Source: a virus
Taxonomy: Duplodnaviria > Caudoviricetes
DNA: 55,256 nt
IMG/VR virus record: IMGVR_UViG_3300037100_000032
Coordinates: 1-55,256 of that record
Direction: 5' to 3' (one strand)
The first letter of the stretch is position 1. Each line of letters starts with the position of its first letter. The notes under the pieces were generated by a model, which was given only the letters and a program-made list of their open reading frames with translations, did not search any database and was not told where the DNA came from. Position numbers and translations under genes: made by a program. This document shows, piece after piece, positions 1 through 9,158 of this stretch.

Positions 1-100
1 GTGTACGGCGGCCGTGTTCCAGAGATTGCGGGATTCCCGCAGCGCTATCACCATGTGGAATGCTCGGGTGAAGGGGTAACATGCACGGAGGGAGGGTGTA

Positions 101-337
101 ATGAGTGAGCCGATGAATGAAACGCCGCCGCCAGCGCGTGGGCGGTATTGGCATGAGCTTTCAAAGTTGAGGACAGACCTTGCCGACGTAAAACGCGATC
201 TTAAAAATCTGCGCATTGAGATCAAAGACTTACGCACAGAACTGAAAGCGGACCTGAAAGAAATGCGCGACGACATTCGCTGGACTGCTGGCTTCATCAT
301 TGTGGTGGTGGGCCTGATGATCAAGTTTTTGAAATAG
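101..337 (+). CDS. Coiled-coil protein with C-terminal TM helix (CCDC90/XhlA-like architecture)
   Basis: Heptads LRTDLADVKRDLKNLRIEIKDLRTELK then WTAGFIIVVVGLMIKFLK; SD GGAGG upstream. Confidence 0.6.
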   Translation: MSEPMNETPPPARGRYWHELSKLRTDLADVKRDLKNLRIEIKDLRTELKADLKEMRDDIRWTAGFIIVVVGLMIKFLK

Positions 338-345
338 GAGGCGAC

Positions 346-729
346 ATGACGATCACGGACTCCCGCCTACAATGGCTTTCACATCCCGACTACGCCCAGA
401 GCGAGCTTGGCCAAATCGCCGCTGAGCTGCTTAACGCTCGAGGCCACATCGTGGAACTGAAACAAAAACTCTTGGAAGAGATTGATATGTTTAATGGCGC
501 GGTGGTGGACCTAAACCTCTGCCGCACTCAAGTGGCGGCCCTCACGCAACGCGCTGAGGAGGCGGATCGGCGGGAGAGAATCGCGCAAGATCGCGTGGAG
601 GAACTCATTGCGCGGCTCGCGGTGTTTGAAAATCCGCAGGAACCAAGTGACGAGGAAATCTTGGGTACCTTGGACATGCAAGAGGCGGCGATGGAGGAAT
701 TTCGGTCACGGCAAGGAGTGCATGACTGA
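346..729 (+). CDS. Hypothetical coiled-coil phage protein
   Basis: ORF with AGGAGG SD, follows previous gene. Confidence 0.7.
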   Translation: MTITDSRLQWLSHPDYAQSELGQIAAELLNARGHIVELKQKLLEEIDMFNGAVVDLNLCRTQVAALTQRAEEADRRERIAQDRVEELIARLAVFENPQEPSDEEILGTLDMQEAAMEEFRSRQGVHD

Positions 730-739
730 CCATTAAAGG

Positions 740-778
740 CCGGCAGCGCAACGCGGATTGGCTACGCTGCCGGTTTTT
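740..778 (+). terminator. Intrinsic terminator between convergent genes
   Basis: CCGGCAGCG...CGCTGCCGG stem followed by T run. Confidence 0.7.
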
Positions 779-1081
779 CTAGCTCTTAAACCAACACACC
801 ACTGCCGCCATCCCAATAAAGAACGACGCCTGACTCACGGCTCGAGCCAGCGGACTGGAATAGAGTCCTCGCTGCTTGGCCGCGTCGTATATCTCGCTCA
901 CATTGGATCGCAAATACTTAAAGCGGTGGGTGTTAAGCCACTGGCCAATGATCGCCCACAATAATGAGAGACCAAACAAGACATCAAACGGCTTGTAGCC
1001 CCGATAGATCAGCAGGCCGCCGGCTACCGCAGATGCAATGCAGACCGGCACAGCGATTTTTTCCCGTATGCTCATCAGCAT
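779..1081 (-). CDS. Small 3-TM membrane protein (moron partner)
   Basis: Three hydrophobic segments; coupled to upstream secreted gene. Confidence 0.7.
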   Translation of the reverse strand: MLMSIREKIAVPVCIASAVAGGLLIYRGYKPFDVLFGLSLLWAIIGQWLNTHRFKYLRSNVSEIYDAAKQRGLYSSPLARAVSQASFFIGMAAVVCWFKS

Positions 1082-1782
1082 CCTCCGTTCATTACGGCCA
1101 TGTCGTTCACGACCGAAAAATCACCCGCATCAAGTAGCGGGACGTATTCTCCAAAATGATAGTCTGACTGTTCTTCAATAGACCCTTCCTGCGTCCAAGT
1201 GGATGCGCTCATAAAGTTCTCAACCTCCGTGGCGATGAAATTGTTTATCGCGGCATCAAGCGACGGATCGTATGTCTTAATCAGATTACCGATTTCAGTA
1301 CCCAGCGACCACCCGAACTGTGCGGCACCCCACACCTCGACGCCGGCAAACATGAAGGTTTCGTACAGCGCCGCCTCAACGCCAAGCGCCCCGATCGGCG
1401 CGGTGCGAAAGTCTAAGTAAATTTCCTCCAGCGTCATGCCGACGTTGGGCGCGGCTGATGCAGCGGCCGTATGAAACGTGGCAAACCGGTCGTTGAACGT
1501 GGCTTCCAGCTTCGTTCCGCCGGCCTCATGGTACGTGAACGCCAGGTCGGCCAGCTCCTTGGGCGAAAGCGCCTTGATACGGTCATTGCCTTCTAGGTTT
1601 TTCTCAATAATCCCGGCAAACCTCGCGTGGATTTCGGCGGGGCTGTGGCCGATGATGTCGGCGGCATGGTGGCTTGGGCCAGTTGTATCGTTGACGTAGC
1701 ACCGATCAAGATTGCCATCGGCAAACGCGGCGGCGGGCAGGATGAGCAAAATCGCAAACGCAAACGCAATCAATGATTTCAT
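1075..1782 (-). CDS. Secreted protein with Sec signal peptide (moron)
   Basis: MKSLIAFAFAILLILPAAAFA signal with AFA cleavage site; ATG at 1782. Confidence 0.75.
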   Translation of the reverse strand: MKSLIAFAFAILLILPAAAFADGNLDRCYVNDTTGPSHHAADIIGHSPAEIHARFAGIIEKNLEGNDRIKALSPKELADLAFTYHEAGGTKLEATFNDRFATFHTAAASAAPNVGMTLEEIYLDFRTAPIGALGVEAALYETFMFAGVEVWGAAQFGWSLGTEIGNLIKTYDPSLDAAINNFIATEVENFMSASTWTQEGSIEEQSDYHFGEYVPLLDAGDFSVVNDMAVMNGGC

Positions 1783-1793
1783 CGTTTCGTATC

Positions 1794-1821
1794 CTTGAAC
1801 AAGTGAAAGTAAAAAAGTTTC
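1794..1821 (-). promoter_or_regulatory. Possible ECF sigma (RpoE-like) promoter
   Basis: Minus strand GAAACTT-N16-TCAAG vs GGAACTT-N16-TCAAA consensus. Confidence 0.35.
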
Positions 1822-1862
1822 TGGCAATTCCTATGCCTTTGAGTCCCTCCGTATGACGGCTG

Positions 1863-2432
1863 TTAGCGGCCCTTCAGCAGCTCATTCAGCGCCAAGATGG
1901 CGAGCATGTGTGCCTGATCCAGTTCGCGGATGTCCCCTCGAGTCACACTCGCATAGGCTTCCGTCTTGGCGTGGCGCAGAAACGAGATCGCGTCTCTGAC
2001 GTGGGACGGCGCGGCCATCGGTCCCGGCTCGCGCTTCGGGGCCGGCGTTTTGGGCTGAAATTCATGGGCGTATTGTTGCTTCCAGTGCGTCAAGGAATCA
2101 GGGCTGATACGCATGTCCTTGGCAACGGCTTGACGTTTCTCACCGGCGAGCAACCGCCGCACCGCCTCGCGCTTGTGAATTTCGGTGTAGCGTTTGTTCT
2201 TGTTGGACAGTTTTTTCTGACCTTTCTTGCCACTGTTCGTTATACGCCTCAATGACGCTTCATTGACTTTGACCGCCCGGCTCAACTGACTGATGCTCTC
2301 ACCGGCCTTGAAGCGCTTTAAAATATGGCGCTTGAATTCATCGGTGAATACGCGCCGCTGGGCTCGCATAATGATGCCTGGCGGGGTTGTCCCATTTGTC
2401 GTGGCGGGAATGGATGCTTCGTCGTTCCTCAT
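1863..2432 (-). CDS. Tandem HTH DNA-binding protein (IS3 OrfA-like HTH x2)
   Basis: RRVFTDEFKRHIL...SISQLSRAVKVNEASLRR and KRYTEIHKREAV...QAVAKDMRISPDSLTHWKQQY. Confidence 0.7.
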   Translation of the reverse strand: MRNDEASIPATTNGTTPPGIIMRAQRRVFTDEFKRHILKRFKAGESISQLSRAVKVNEASLRRITNSGKKGQKKLSNKNKRYTEIHKREAVRRLLAGEKRQAVAKDMRISPDSLTHWKQQYAHEFQPKTPAPKREPGPMAAPSHVRDAISFLRHAKTEAYASVTRGDIRELDQAHMLAILALNELLKGR

Positions 2433-2674
2433 TTACCTTTTCCTTTACGGCGTGTCTTGCGAAGTTGTGATACGGCCATACCTTGATCTAGTCGGCGTTC
2501 ATTTACGTGATCCATGCGGAACTTGGCACGAATCAATCGCACTTTGCGATCCAAGATCTCGGCCGGCGTACGCTTCTCCCAATTGCCCATGACGGCGCGG
2601 CATTTGTAACAGTACACGCGTCGTGAGTGAACGGAGAGCGTTTCCTCGCAGCCTTCAGTGGGGCACTGAGCCAT
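2429..2674 (-). CDS. Small Cys4 zinc-binding protein
   Basis: CPTEGC...YCYKC; 4-bp overlap with next gene. Confidence 0.65.
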   Translation of the reverse strand: MAQCPTEGCEETLSVHSRRVYCYKCRAVMGNWEKRTPAEILDRKVRLIRAKFRMDHVNERRLDQGMAVSQLRKTRRKGKGK

Positions 2675-2766
2675 AGATCGTTATCCTTTTTTGTGCATTG
2701 CATCAGCCTTTACGGGTTGACTTCCGTAGATTATCTGACCAGTAAAACTAATTGTCCAGAGGTATT

Positions 2767-2997
2767 ATGAAACTTGTCTCGTTAGCTGAGTACCGGCGCT
2801 TGGTGTATGCGGATGGCAGTGGGCCAAATTTGAAAACCTTGCGCAGGCGCATTAAGGATATCCCCGGTGGGCGGATTGAGCTTGGGCGGTATTTCGTGGA
2901 TATTGATGCCAATGATGAAGTGAATGCGATCGCGAAGGCGAACAATTCGCGCATCAGGGAGTTGAGGGCGGACCCCAAGCTCAAGGGACTCATTTAA
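2767..2997 (+). CDS. xis: Excisionase-like protein
   Basis: Small basic winged-helix pattern (LVSLAEY...PNLKTLRRRI...IPGGRIELGRYFVD) upstream of int. Confidence 0.7.
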   Translation: MKLVSLAEYRRLVYADGSGPNLKTLRRRIKDIPGGRIELGRYFVDIDANDEVNAIAKANNSRIRELRADPKLKGLI

Positions 2998-3008
2998 CAA
3001 CCGGGAGA

Positions 3009-3338
3009 TTGCCGATGGAAAGCATTCGCATTTACAAACTCATTACCACCCCGTACGTTGAAGGCCGCAGCGACCACGACCGCTGGCACGCGACCGAAGC
3101 GCAGGCGATGGCGTGCTTCAAGGCGTTTTGTGAGCACATGGCCGCATACACTGATGTGGAGGAAGTGACCTACGAAATCATCCCGCATGATCTGACGACG
3201 ATGGCCGAGTTGCTCAATGCGATGAACGGCGACATCAACCCCGATGGTCATCCTCTCACCGAGGACGAAGATGCGCGGTTGTTCGGCAGGCCAAGCAGCA
3301 AAGCAACCAAGGTGCGCCTTGATGGCGAGACCGCGTAA
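3009..3338 (+). CDS. Hypothetical protein between xis and int
   Basis: ORF in operon, overlaps int start. Confidence 0.6.
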   Translation: MPMESIRIYKLITTPYVEGRSDHDRWHATEAQAMACFKAFCEHMAAYTDVEEVTYEIIPHDLTTMAELLNAMNGDINPDGHPLTEDEDARLFGRPSSKATKVRLDGETA

Positions 3339-4470
3339 GCACACGGATCTGCCCACGTACGTCACCCCTGATGGCAGAGGCGGTTACTTTGTGCGCAGTC
3401 CGTTCAAAAAATCACCCCAACGTATAAAAGACAGACAAGCGGCGTTTGAGGCATCGCAGTTGTTGGTAGAACTCGTGGAGCGGGAACGTCGCGCGGCGCT
3501 GCTGGATACTGGCAAACCCACCATCGGCCTGCTCGTGGATCGGTATGTGCAAGATCAATTGCCATTCATGCCATGGAAGAAAGGCACGCGGGTCAACAAC
3601 GTTGCAAAATTAAACCGCATACAGCGAGAACTCGGCAATCGCTTGATCGAGCGCACCGATGCCTTGGCACTGAATGAGTGGCTAAAATCCTTTTGTGACA
3701 AGGCTGACACGTGGATGAAATGGCGATACATGCTCATTCTGCTATGGAATTTTGCGTTGCTTCATCAGTGGGCCAAGCGCAACGAGGCCGAACACATTCC
3801 CGAGCGAAGCGTGAGTCTCGTGATCGAGTCAAACCACAAAGAGCGCATGCCGCTCACCGTTGAGGGATTCCAAGCGATACGAGAGTGTGCGCCACCGTGG
3901 CTGCAGCTCGCCATGGATTTATCGCTGCTCACTTTACAGGGGCGCAGCGAAGTTCTCAATATGCGCTTTAAGGATTTCCGTGATGGGTTTTTGTTTGTGA
4001 TCCGCGAGAAGGTCAACGTCAAGTCAGATGCCGCTTTCATCAAGATCCGCATGACGAGCGACATGGAAGCGCTGAAGTCTCAAGCATTGCTCATGAACAA
4101 GACCGCATCGCCCTACGTCGTCCATCACGTGCCTAGCCGTCATAAACGCGACGTGGACGGCCGCAAAGGCAAGCATTGGACATATGTGATCCCAAATTAT
4201 TTGACCAATGCCTTTGCTGACGCACGGGCGGCGTCGGGGTTTTATGCCCACTTGCAGGACGAGCAAATGCCAACCTTCCATGAGGTGCGCGGGTTGGGTG
4301 CCAGGCGCTACGAAGCCTTGGGGGTCCCAAAAGAAATGATTTCGGCGTTGATGTCGCATGCGCATGAGAAGACCACCGAAATCTATTTGAAGGGCGGCAT
4401 AAAAGCGCTGCGGGACAGCAATTATCTTGCGGTTGAAGCCCCCGTAACGCTCGCGTCGCTGCTTGGTTAA
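3322..4470 (+). CDS. int: Tyrosine recombinase (lambda-like integrase)
   Basis: MARPRK N-terminus; catalytic R (LQGRSEV), HxxR (FHEVRG), H (MSHAH), Y (TEIYL); adjacent att. Confidence 0.95.
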   Translation: MARPRKHTDLPTYVTPDGRGGYFVRSPFKKSPQRIKDRQAAFEASQLLVELVERERRAALLDTGKPTIGLLVDRYVQDQLPFMPWKKGTRVNNVAKLNRIQRELGNRLIERTDALALNEWLKSFCDKADTWMKWRYMLILLWNFALLHQWAKRNEAEHIPERSVSLVIESNHKERMPLTVEGFQAIRECAPPWLQLAMDLSLLTLQGRSEVLNMRFKDFRDGFLFVIREKVNVKSDAAFIKIRMTSDMEALKSQALLMNKTASPYVVHHVPSRHKRDVDGRKGKHWTYVIPNYLTNAFADARAASGFYAHLQDEQMPTFHEVRGLGARRYEALGVPKEMISALMSHAHEKTTEIYLKGGIKALRDSNYLAVEAPVTLASLLG

Positions 4471-4493
4471 AGGCCGTTATTGAGACCATTTTT

Positions 4494-4539
4494 TGGTAGT
4501 AAATGGTAATAAACCGGGTTTGCTACCAGTTTGCTACCA
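4494..4539. repeat. Integrase arm-type binding sites
   Basis: TGGTAGTAAA, TGGTAATAAA, then inverted TTTGCTACCA x2. Confidence 0.75.
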
Positions 4540-4547
4540 AGCTAAAG

Positions 4548-4556
4548 TTATCCACA
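4548..4556 (+). promoter_or_regulatory. Consensus DnaA box within attP
   Basis: TTATCCACA exact match; single copy. Confidence 0.35.
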
Positions 4557-4598
4557 GGCAAAAACTCGTATAAGTAATTGAATCAGAAGGGAAAAAAC

Positions 4599-4644
<46 letters not shown>

Positions 4645-4833
4645 ATTGGGCTGAATCGCTGGTAAACTGATGAAATCGTTGGAAAGGTGGTGTTGAGAGT
4701 GGTGGGACATTAGGGCCGTTGTGCGCCGCAACTGGACTTTAGGGACGATCAATAAAATGATGGAATCCCGCATAGCTAAAGTTGCAGCAAATGGGGAAGA
4801 TAGGGTACCGAATTTGCTCACGGAGCCTGCCGA

Positions 4834-5244
4834 ATGACCCTTGAACTTACCGATCGCACGCAAGCCGTATGGTTCGTTGCTATGAAGCAAGGGGACTGGC
4901 TGGCCACTGTTGAATCATCGCCAGATGGCGGCTGCAAAATCGTGTATCGGTTTCGGGTCTATCGCGACCAAAAGATTTGGGGCAGCACCGACAGCAAGCT
5001 GTGGAAGGAAGCCATTACCTACGACGTGGAAAGCGGCATTCAACTGGTGCGCAGAATGGCTGATCACTTGGCGCACGAGCCGGGTGCTGACAGACCCTAC
5101 GAGCTGATTCGCGGCACCGGGACGTTAAAACAATTCGTGGAGCAGCTCGCTACGCTGCCGTTCGCGCACATGAAATCATTTGAGACCGAGGCAGAGGCAC
5201 GAGCGTTCGCTAAGGCCAATGGGGACGATGTATGGACAGGGTGA
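4834..5244 (+). CDS. Hypothetical protein
   Basis: 136-aa ORF starting a coupled operon. Confidence 0.7.
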   Translation: MTLELTDRTQAVWFVAMKQGDWLATVESSPDGGCKIVYRFRVYRDQKIWGSTDSKLWKEAITYDVESGIQLVRRMADHLAHEPGADRPYELIRGTGTLKQFVEQLATLPFAHMKSFETEAEARAFAKANGDDVWTG

Positions 5245-5402
5245 TCACTCCCGAATTCGCCGCATTCCACCAAGCCGTCGTTGACACGGTCGCCGCGCTC
5301 GTAAAGCTTGACCCGCCACCAGACTCAAAGTTGGGCCGATTGCTTGCGGGCTTAGTGGAGGCGCTTGAAACGTTTGAGAAGGCGGAGTGGGCGCTAAGAT
5401 GA
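5232..5402 (+). CDS. Small protein resembling HigA N-terminal segment (below ORF-track cutoff)
   Basis: MDRVITPEF...LDPPPDSKLGRLLAGLVEALETFEKAEWALR; fills gap, ATGA overlap with next gene. Confidence 0.5.
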   Translation: MDRVITPEFAAFHQAVVDTVAALVKLDPPPDSKLGRLLAGLVEALETFEKAEWALR

Positions 5403-5704
5403 CCCACATCATGTTCATCGTCTCCTCAGCATCCGGTCGCCCGTGCGCCCAAGCCGGCCGCTATCTGCTGTCATGGAAACCTGGCGGTCCACGCCGGCAG
5501 GGAATACTGCAGACCACCGCAGACCCACTGAAAGCCAAGCGGTTCGCAGGCCAAGGCGCGGCATTCGCGTTCTACATGCAAGTTGACGGCCTGCGGCCAG
5601 ACGGCCAGCCTAACCGGCCGCTGACGGCGTTCACGATGCAAGTGATGGAGCCGGACGCGGAGCCGATTACGGATGTGTTGGATGGACAAGGGAGGTTGAT
5701 GTGA
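5399..5704 (+). CDS. Hypothetical protein
   Basis: Translationally coupled ORF. Confidence 0.65.
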   Translation: MTHIMFIVSSASGRPCAQAGRYLLSWKPGGPRRQGILQTTADPLKAKRFAGQGAAFAFYMQVDGLRPDGQPNRPLTAFTMQVMEPDAEPITDVLDGQGRLM

Positions 5705-6024
5705 GTGACGACGACCGTTACAGCTTGCGCGAGGAGACTGAGCAATTTCGCGCACTCCAAGACGCGCTGCGCCCTCGCACCGAAGGAGCCGACGTGAGCG
5801 AATATGAACAGATGGAAGTCATACGGCTCAACAAACGAATCTCTACGCTTGAGCACGAACTGAAACAGTCAAAAGCGTTTCACCAAGCTTACACTGAACC
5901 TTTGATTGAGCGCATCGCGCAGTTGGAGGCGGCGCTGCGCTATATTGAAAGCATCACAGATGCGAAGGATTCTAAGATTTGGAAGCGCTGTCGCGCCGCC
6001 CTCGCATTGAAGGAGCCGACGTGA
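5701..6024 (+). CDS. Hypothetical coiled-coil protein
   Basis: GGAGG SD; RIAQLEAAL motif shared with next gene. Confidence 0.65.
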   Translation: MSDDDRYSLREETEQFRALQDALRPRTEGADVSEYEQMEVIRLNKRISTLEHELKQSKAFHQAYTEPLIERIAQLEAALRYIESITDAKDSKIWKRCRAALALKEPT

Positions 6025-6296
6025 TCGACGTACTGAGATTTCCAGCCCCCGGCCCGTGGATCACGCGGGATCTGAAACTGTGCGTCCTTGCATCAGACTA
6101 CGACGCCCTGGCCGCCGAGACGGCGACCAAGGATAGACGCATCGCACAGTTGGAGGCCGCTCTCACCAAAAGCGCCGACACTTTTGCGGACCTTAAGATG
6201 ACGATGCAATTACAAACTCGGCCGATACTGGAAAAGGTGTGCGCGATTGCTGAGAAGGCTGCACGGCAGGCCCTCACCGCCCCTCCGCCTCCTTAG
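6021..6296 (+). CDS. Hypothetical (Ead-like) protein
   Basis: [12 protein letters not shown]...RIAQLEAAL; AGGAG SD. Confidence 0.6.
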   Translation: MIDVLRFPAPGPWITRDLKLCVLASDYDALAAETATKDRRIAQLEAALTKSADTFADLKMTMQLQTRPILEKVCAIAEKAARQALTAPPPP

Positions 6297-6444
6297 CCGC
6301 CCTAACCTCGCGTCGATCGACCGCGACATCACGCGGCGCCTCAATGCCGATGCGAACCTGCGAGCCATTGATTGAGACCAGCCGCACGACGATGTCGTTG
6401 CCGATGAGGATCTCTTGGCCAATGCTGCGGGTGAGTACTAGCAT
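6274..6444 (-). CDS. csrA: Carbon storage regulator CsrA/RsmA homolog
   Basis: [47 protein letters not shown], canonical CsrA with R44 equivalent. Confidence 0.95.
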   Translation of the reverse strand: MLVLTRSIGQEILIGNDIVVRLVSINGSQVRIGIEAPRDVAVDRREVRAAKEAEGR

Positions 6445-6611
6445 GGCGGTAGCGCTGACTGCAGCCATGCCACGAAAGCCCTAGCCTCACTGACGGTAAG
6501 GTAGCCTTCGGTGAATTCTATGTAGCGACCGTTTTGCGAAACCGTTGCAGACATGTCGTATACATCAAAATCGTGTACGTGTTGAAATTGCTCGTCTGGT
6601 TCCTCACTCAT
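6438..6611 (-). CDS. Hypothetical protein
   Basis: Ends [18 protein letters not shown], paralogous to neighbour. Confidence 0.6.
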   Translation of the reverse strand: MSEEPDEQFQHVHDFDVYDMSATVSQNGRYIEFTEGYLTVSEARAFVAWLQSALPPC

Positions 6612-6792
6612 TTGGCAGCACCGAGTTGAGCCAGTCACGCAACGCGCGGGCTTCATCCACCGTGAGATCGTCGCCGTCGGCGCGCAGCACCAGTTGCACG
6701 TATCGCTTGTTGTGGCTGGTCCACGCCAACTCGTGGCCGTCTTTGCCCACTAGCAATGGCGGTCGGGTGATAAATCGCTCGTCCTGGCTCAT
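6604..6792 (-). CDS. Hypothetical protein
   Basis: Ends LTVDEARALRDWLNSVLP. Confidence 0.65.
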   Translation of the reverse strand: MSQDERFITRPPLLVGKDGHELAWTSHNKRYVQLVLRADGDDLTVDEARALRDWLNSVLPNE

Positions 6793-7295
6793 ATGCTGAT
6801 CCTCAAATGCTCGCCCTGATCCATCGCCGCACCCGGCACGTCTTTACCAGCCTTCATCACAGCCAACAGCGCCTTCTTATCCACCCGCTTAGGCGGCGGC
6901 TCAGGCTGCACCCAATACTCAGCCGGGATCGCGGCCTCGTCAATAATTGTAACCCCTGGCGGGTTCATCTGCACCCGCAGCACGATGTCGGGGCGCTCGA
7001 TCTTGCGGCGCTGCGTTCCTTGCAAATGGAGCAACAGGTAAGCTTTTAGCTGGTCAGCGCGGCGCTCAATACGGGCTGAGCGCTCTTTCATTGCGGCGGC
7101 GGCATCCTTGACGGCTTGGGCGTTCGCCTGTAGAGAGAGGACGAATTTGCCGACTGCGGCGGCTTTGTCTTCAAAGCTGCCTTCTAGCGCTTCCAGCGTG
7201 TCGCGGATGACCTCTTCGGGTAGGTCGTCGGAGTCTGCAAGGGTTTCAAACTGGCGGAGCTGGCCGGCGAGTTCGTAGAGGGCTAGTGTGCTCAC
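6789..7295 (-). CDS. Siphovirus Gp157-family protein
   Basis: LYELA...DTLEALEG.FEDKA...NPPGV.I.DE..IP.EY...DKKAL...GKDVPGA. Confidence 0.88.
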   Translation of the reverse strand: MSTLALYELAGQLRQFETLADSDDLPEEVIRDTLEALEGSFEDKAAAVGKFVLSLQANAQAVKDAAAAMKERSARIERRADQLKAYLLLHLQGTQRRKIERPDIVLRVQMNPPGVTIIDEAAIPAEYWVQPEPPPKRVDKKALLAVMKAGKDVPGAAMDQGEHLRISI

Positions 7296-8080
7296 TGCGC
7301 TGGCTCAGGACTCGGCGGCATCGCCAGCTCAATCTTCATTCCCTCATACGCCGCCTTGTAGCGTGCGCGAATCTCAGGGTCTTTGGTGGACTTCCACGCC
7401 GCTGTAAACCGATCCTCCAATGTTTTCAAATCGGCAACATCCATCGCGTTGATATACGCTTCAACCTCATTCACGGGCGGCGCGGTAACGGCAGCAGCCA
7501 CCGCATTGTTAATGCTCACCGGCGGCGGCACGTCATTCATGCCCGCGATCTCTTCCGAGGTGTACATCATCTCGGTCGCGTCCGGCGCAGTGGATCTAAT
7601 GCCCTCCGAGATACAGCGGCTCCTCAGCATTGCGCGCCCGAACTTAGAATACATGCCACCGTTTTTGTCGGTGAGGCCCGCGAGCTTTGCCCTGTTCATG
7701 TCCCAGTCAATCAACAACGGTTTCGGTGACAGCGGATGGCTGAACAACGCCGCCGCTCGAGTATCAGACAATTCCTGCCATTCAACTTTGCCGCCGCTTG
7801 CTTGAAAGTCGCGCAGCATGGCGCCGGACTTTTTAGACAGCCTGCCTTGAATCATGTCGTAATCGCGCATGATTGACGCCGGATGCTTGCCTTGTGCTTG
7901 GGCCTCAAGCATCAACGCGAGCGCCTGATTCTCGTCCTTGATGCCGTAAAGTCCCGACTTCGCAAAGCTACTTGCCATGCGGTGTATATCCTGAAAACTA
8001 AACACCGGCACCTGTGGCGCGGAGTAATATGCAGGCACTGCAGGCTGTGCGGCGGCTGCGACCAGTTCACCCTTGCTCAT
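7292..8080 (-). CDS. Single-strand annealing recombinase (RecT-like)
   Basis: MA..FAKSGLYG...IQGR..AML...AMLRSRCISEGIR...MYTSEE; next to gp157. Confidence 0.7.
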   Translation of the reverse strand: MSKGELVAAAAQPAVPAYYSAPQVPVFSFQDIHRMASSFAKSGLYGIKDENQALALMLEAQAQGKHPASIMRDYDMIQGRLSKKSGAMLRDFQASGGKVEWQELSDTRAAALFSHPLSPKPLLIDWDMNRAKLAGLTDKNGGMYSKFGRAMLRSRCISEGIRSTAPDATEMMYTSEEIAGMNDVPPPVSINNAVAAAVTAPPVNEVEAYINAMDVADLKTLEDRFTAAWKSTKDPEIRARYKAAYEGMKIELAMPPSPEPAQ

Positions 8081-8330
8081 CAAATCTCTCCTCTGTTTGC
8101 ACGTCGCGCGGTGGCTCAACGTCGCAGTAATGAAAATCGCCAATCTCTCCAAGTATTAGTAGTGCGCGACGCATTTCAGCGCTCCACAGTTCAATCGCTT
8201 CGTTGCGGTTCATAGCCAGCACAGCGCAAGTAACACCATGACCCACCCCCACAGTAAAAATTGACGTGATAGGCATAACGCGCCGATCGCAATAAGCGCC
8301 AGCGCAACGCAGTGGTGAAGGACAGTGGGG

Positions 8331-8489
8331 TTAATGGTCACGTTTAAACCTCGGGTTGATCCTGAATACGCGCCGGTACGCACGCCTAGCGATGAATTCG
8401 CCCACGGCACCTAAGATGATGCCAATGAGCAACACGGCAAACATGGCGAATAGGCCAGCCCATAGAGGGCCATTGACTATTAAGTCCAT
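8331..8489 (-). CDS. Small membrane protein, first of leftward operon
   Basis: One TM helix; AAGGA SD. Confidence 0.5.
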   Translation of the reverse strand: MDLIVNGPLWAGLFAMFAVLLIGIILGAVGEFIARRAYRRVFRINPRFKRDH

Positions 8490-8611
8490 TTCTGTATCCT
8501 TTGGGTTATTCGCTGCAGCGCAGCATTGCATACGTTGGGTCGGCAGTCAACCGTTGTGCAGAGCAATAATTATCGCTTGAGTAAAGCTAAGGGCCGTGTT
8601 ACACAGTCCGC

Positions 8612-8800
8612 ATGGACAAAGTAAAACAGCAGATAGAAAGGCTCGTGAAGCAACACGGCACATTGAGCGCGGCGGCCAAGGCGGTGGGACTGCAAGTCTC
8701 ATACATGTGCTTGCTGCGCAAAGGCAAGCGGGTGTGCAAGGACGCCGCGCTGCGCAAGCTTGGCCTTGAGCGGCGGATCATTATTCGGAGAATTAAGTGA
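8612..8800 (+). CDS. Cro-like HTH regulator
   Basis: HGTLSAAAKAVGLQVSYMCLLRKG; first gene at divergence point. Confidence 0.75.
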   Translation: MDKVKQQIERLVKQHGTLSAAAKAVGLQVSYMCLLRKGKRVCKDAALRKLGLERRIIIRRIK

Positions 8801-8994
8801 AGCATTGGGAACTGCCGACGTTTCAAGACGTTGACGAGAAAAAAGTGCGCGCGGAGCCGCTGTCGGCATTAGAACAGTTCATCTGGGATGAGACACCTGG
8901 GGCGCATGTGGAATGGGCGTTCAGGCAATCCCTGCATGCCGCGATCATGGATGCGGTAGCGCAGATGCTGAATAGCAGGGACGGGGCCACGTGA
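8797..8994 (+). CDS. Hypothetical protein
   Basis: Coupled ORF. Confidence 0.6.
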   Translation: MKHWELPTFQDVDEKKVRAEPLSALEQFIWDETPGAHVEWAFRQSLHAAIMDAVAQMLNSRDGAT

Positions 8995-9158
8995 CCTACA
9001 AGCTCGCCACCGGCTGCTGCGTTGAACACCTGCAAGAACACGTTGCCGAACTGATCGCTGAGGGCTATCGGCCGCTCGGTGGCATCGCATGCACCGTGAT
9101 CGCTGACGATGAGGGCGAATTGATCCACTACGCGCAAGCCATGGCGCTGCTGCAATGA
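8991..9158 (+). CDS. DUF1737-like small protein (below ORF-track cutoff)
   Basis: MTYKLATG...LQEHVAELIAEGYRPLGGIA...YAQAM; GTGA/ATGA overlaps on both sides. Confidence 0.65.
   Translation: MTYKLATGCCVEHLQEHVAELIAEGYRPLGGIACTVIADDEGELIHYAQAMALLQ

Noticed and set aside
1863-2432. IS3-family insertion sequence
   Set aside because: No DDE OrfB or terminal inverted repeats seen; gene is coupled to a phage ORF
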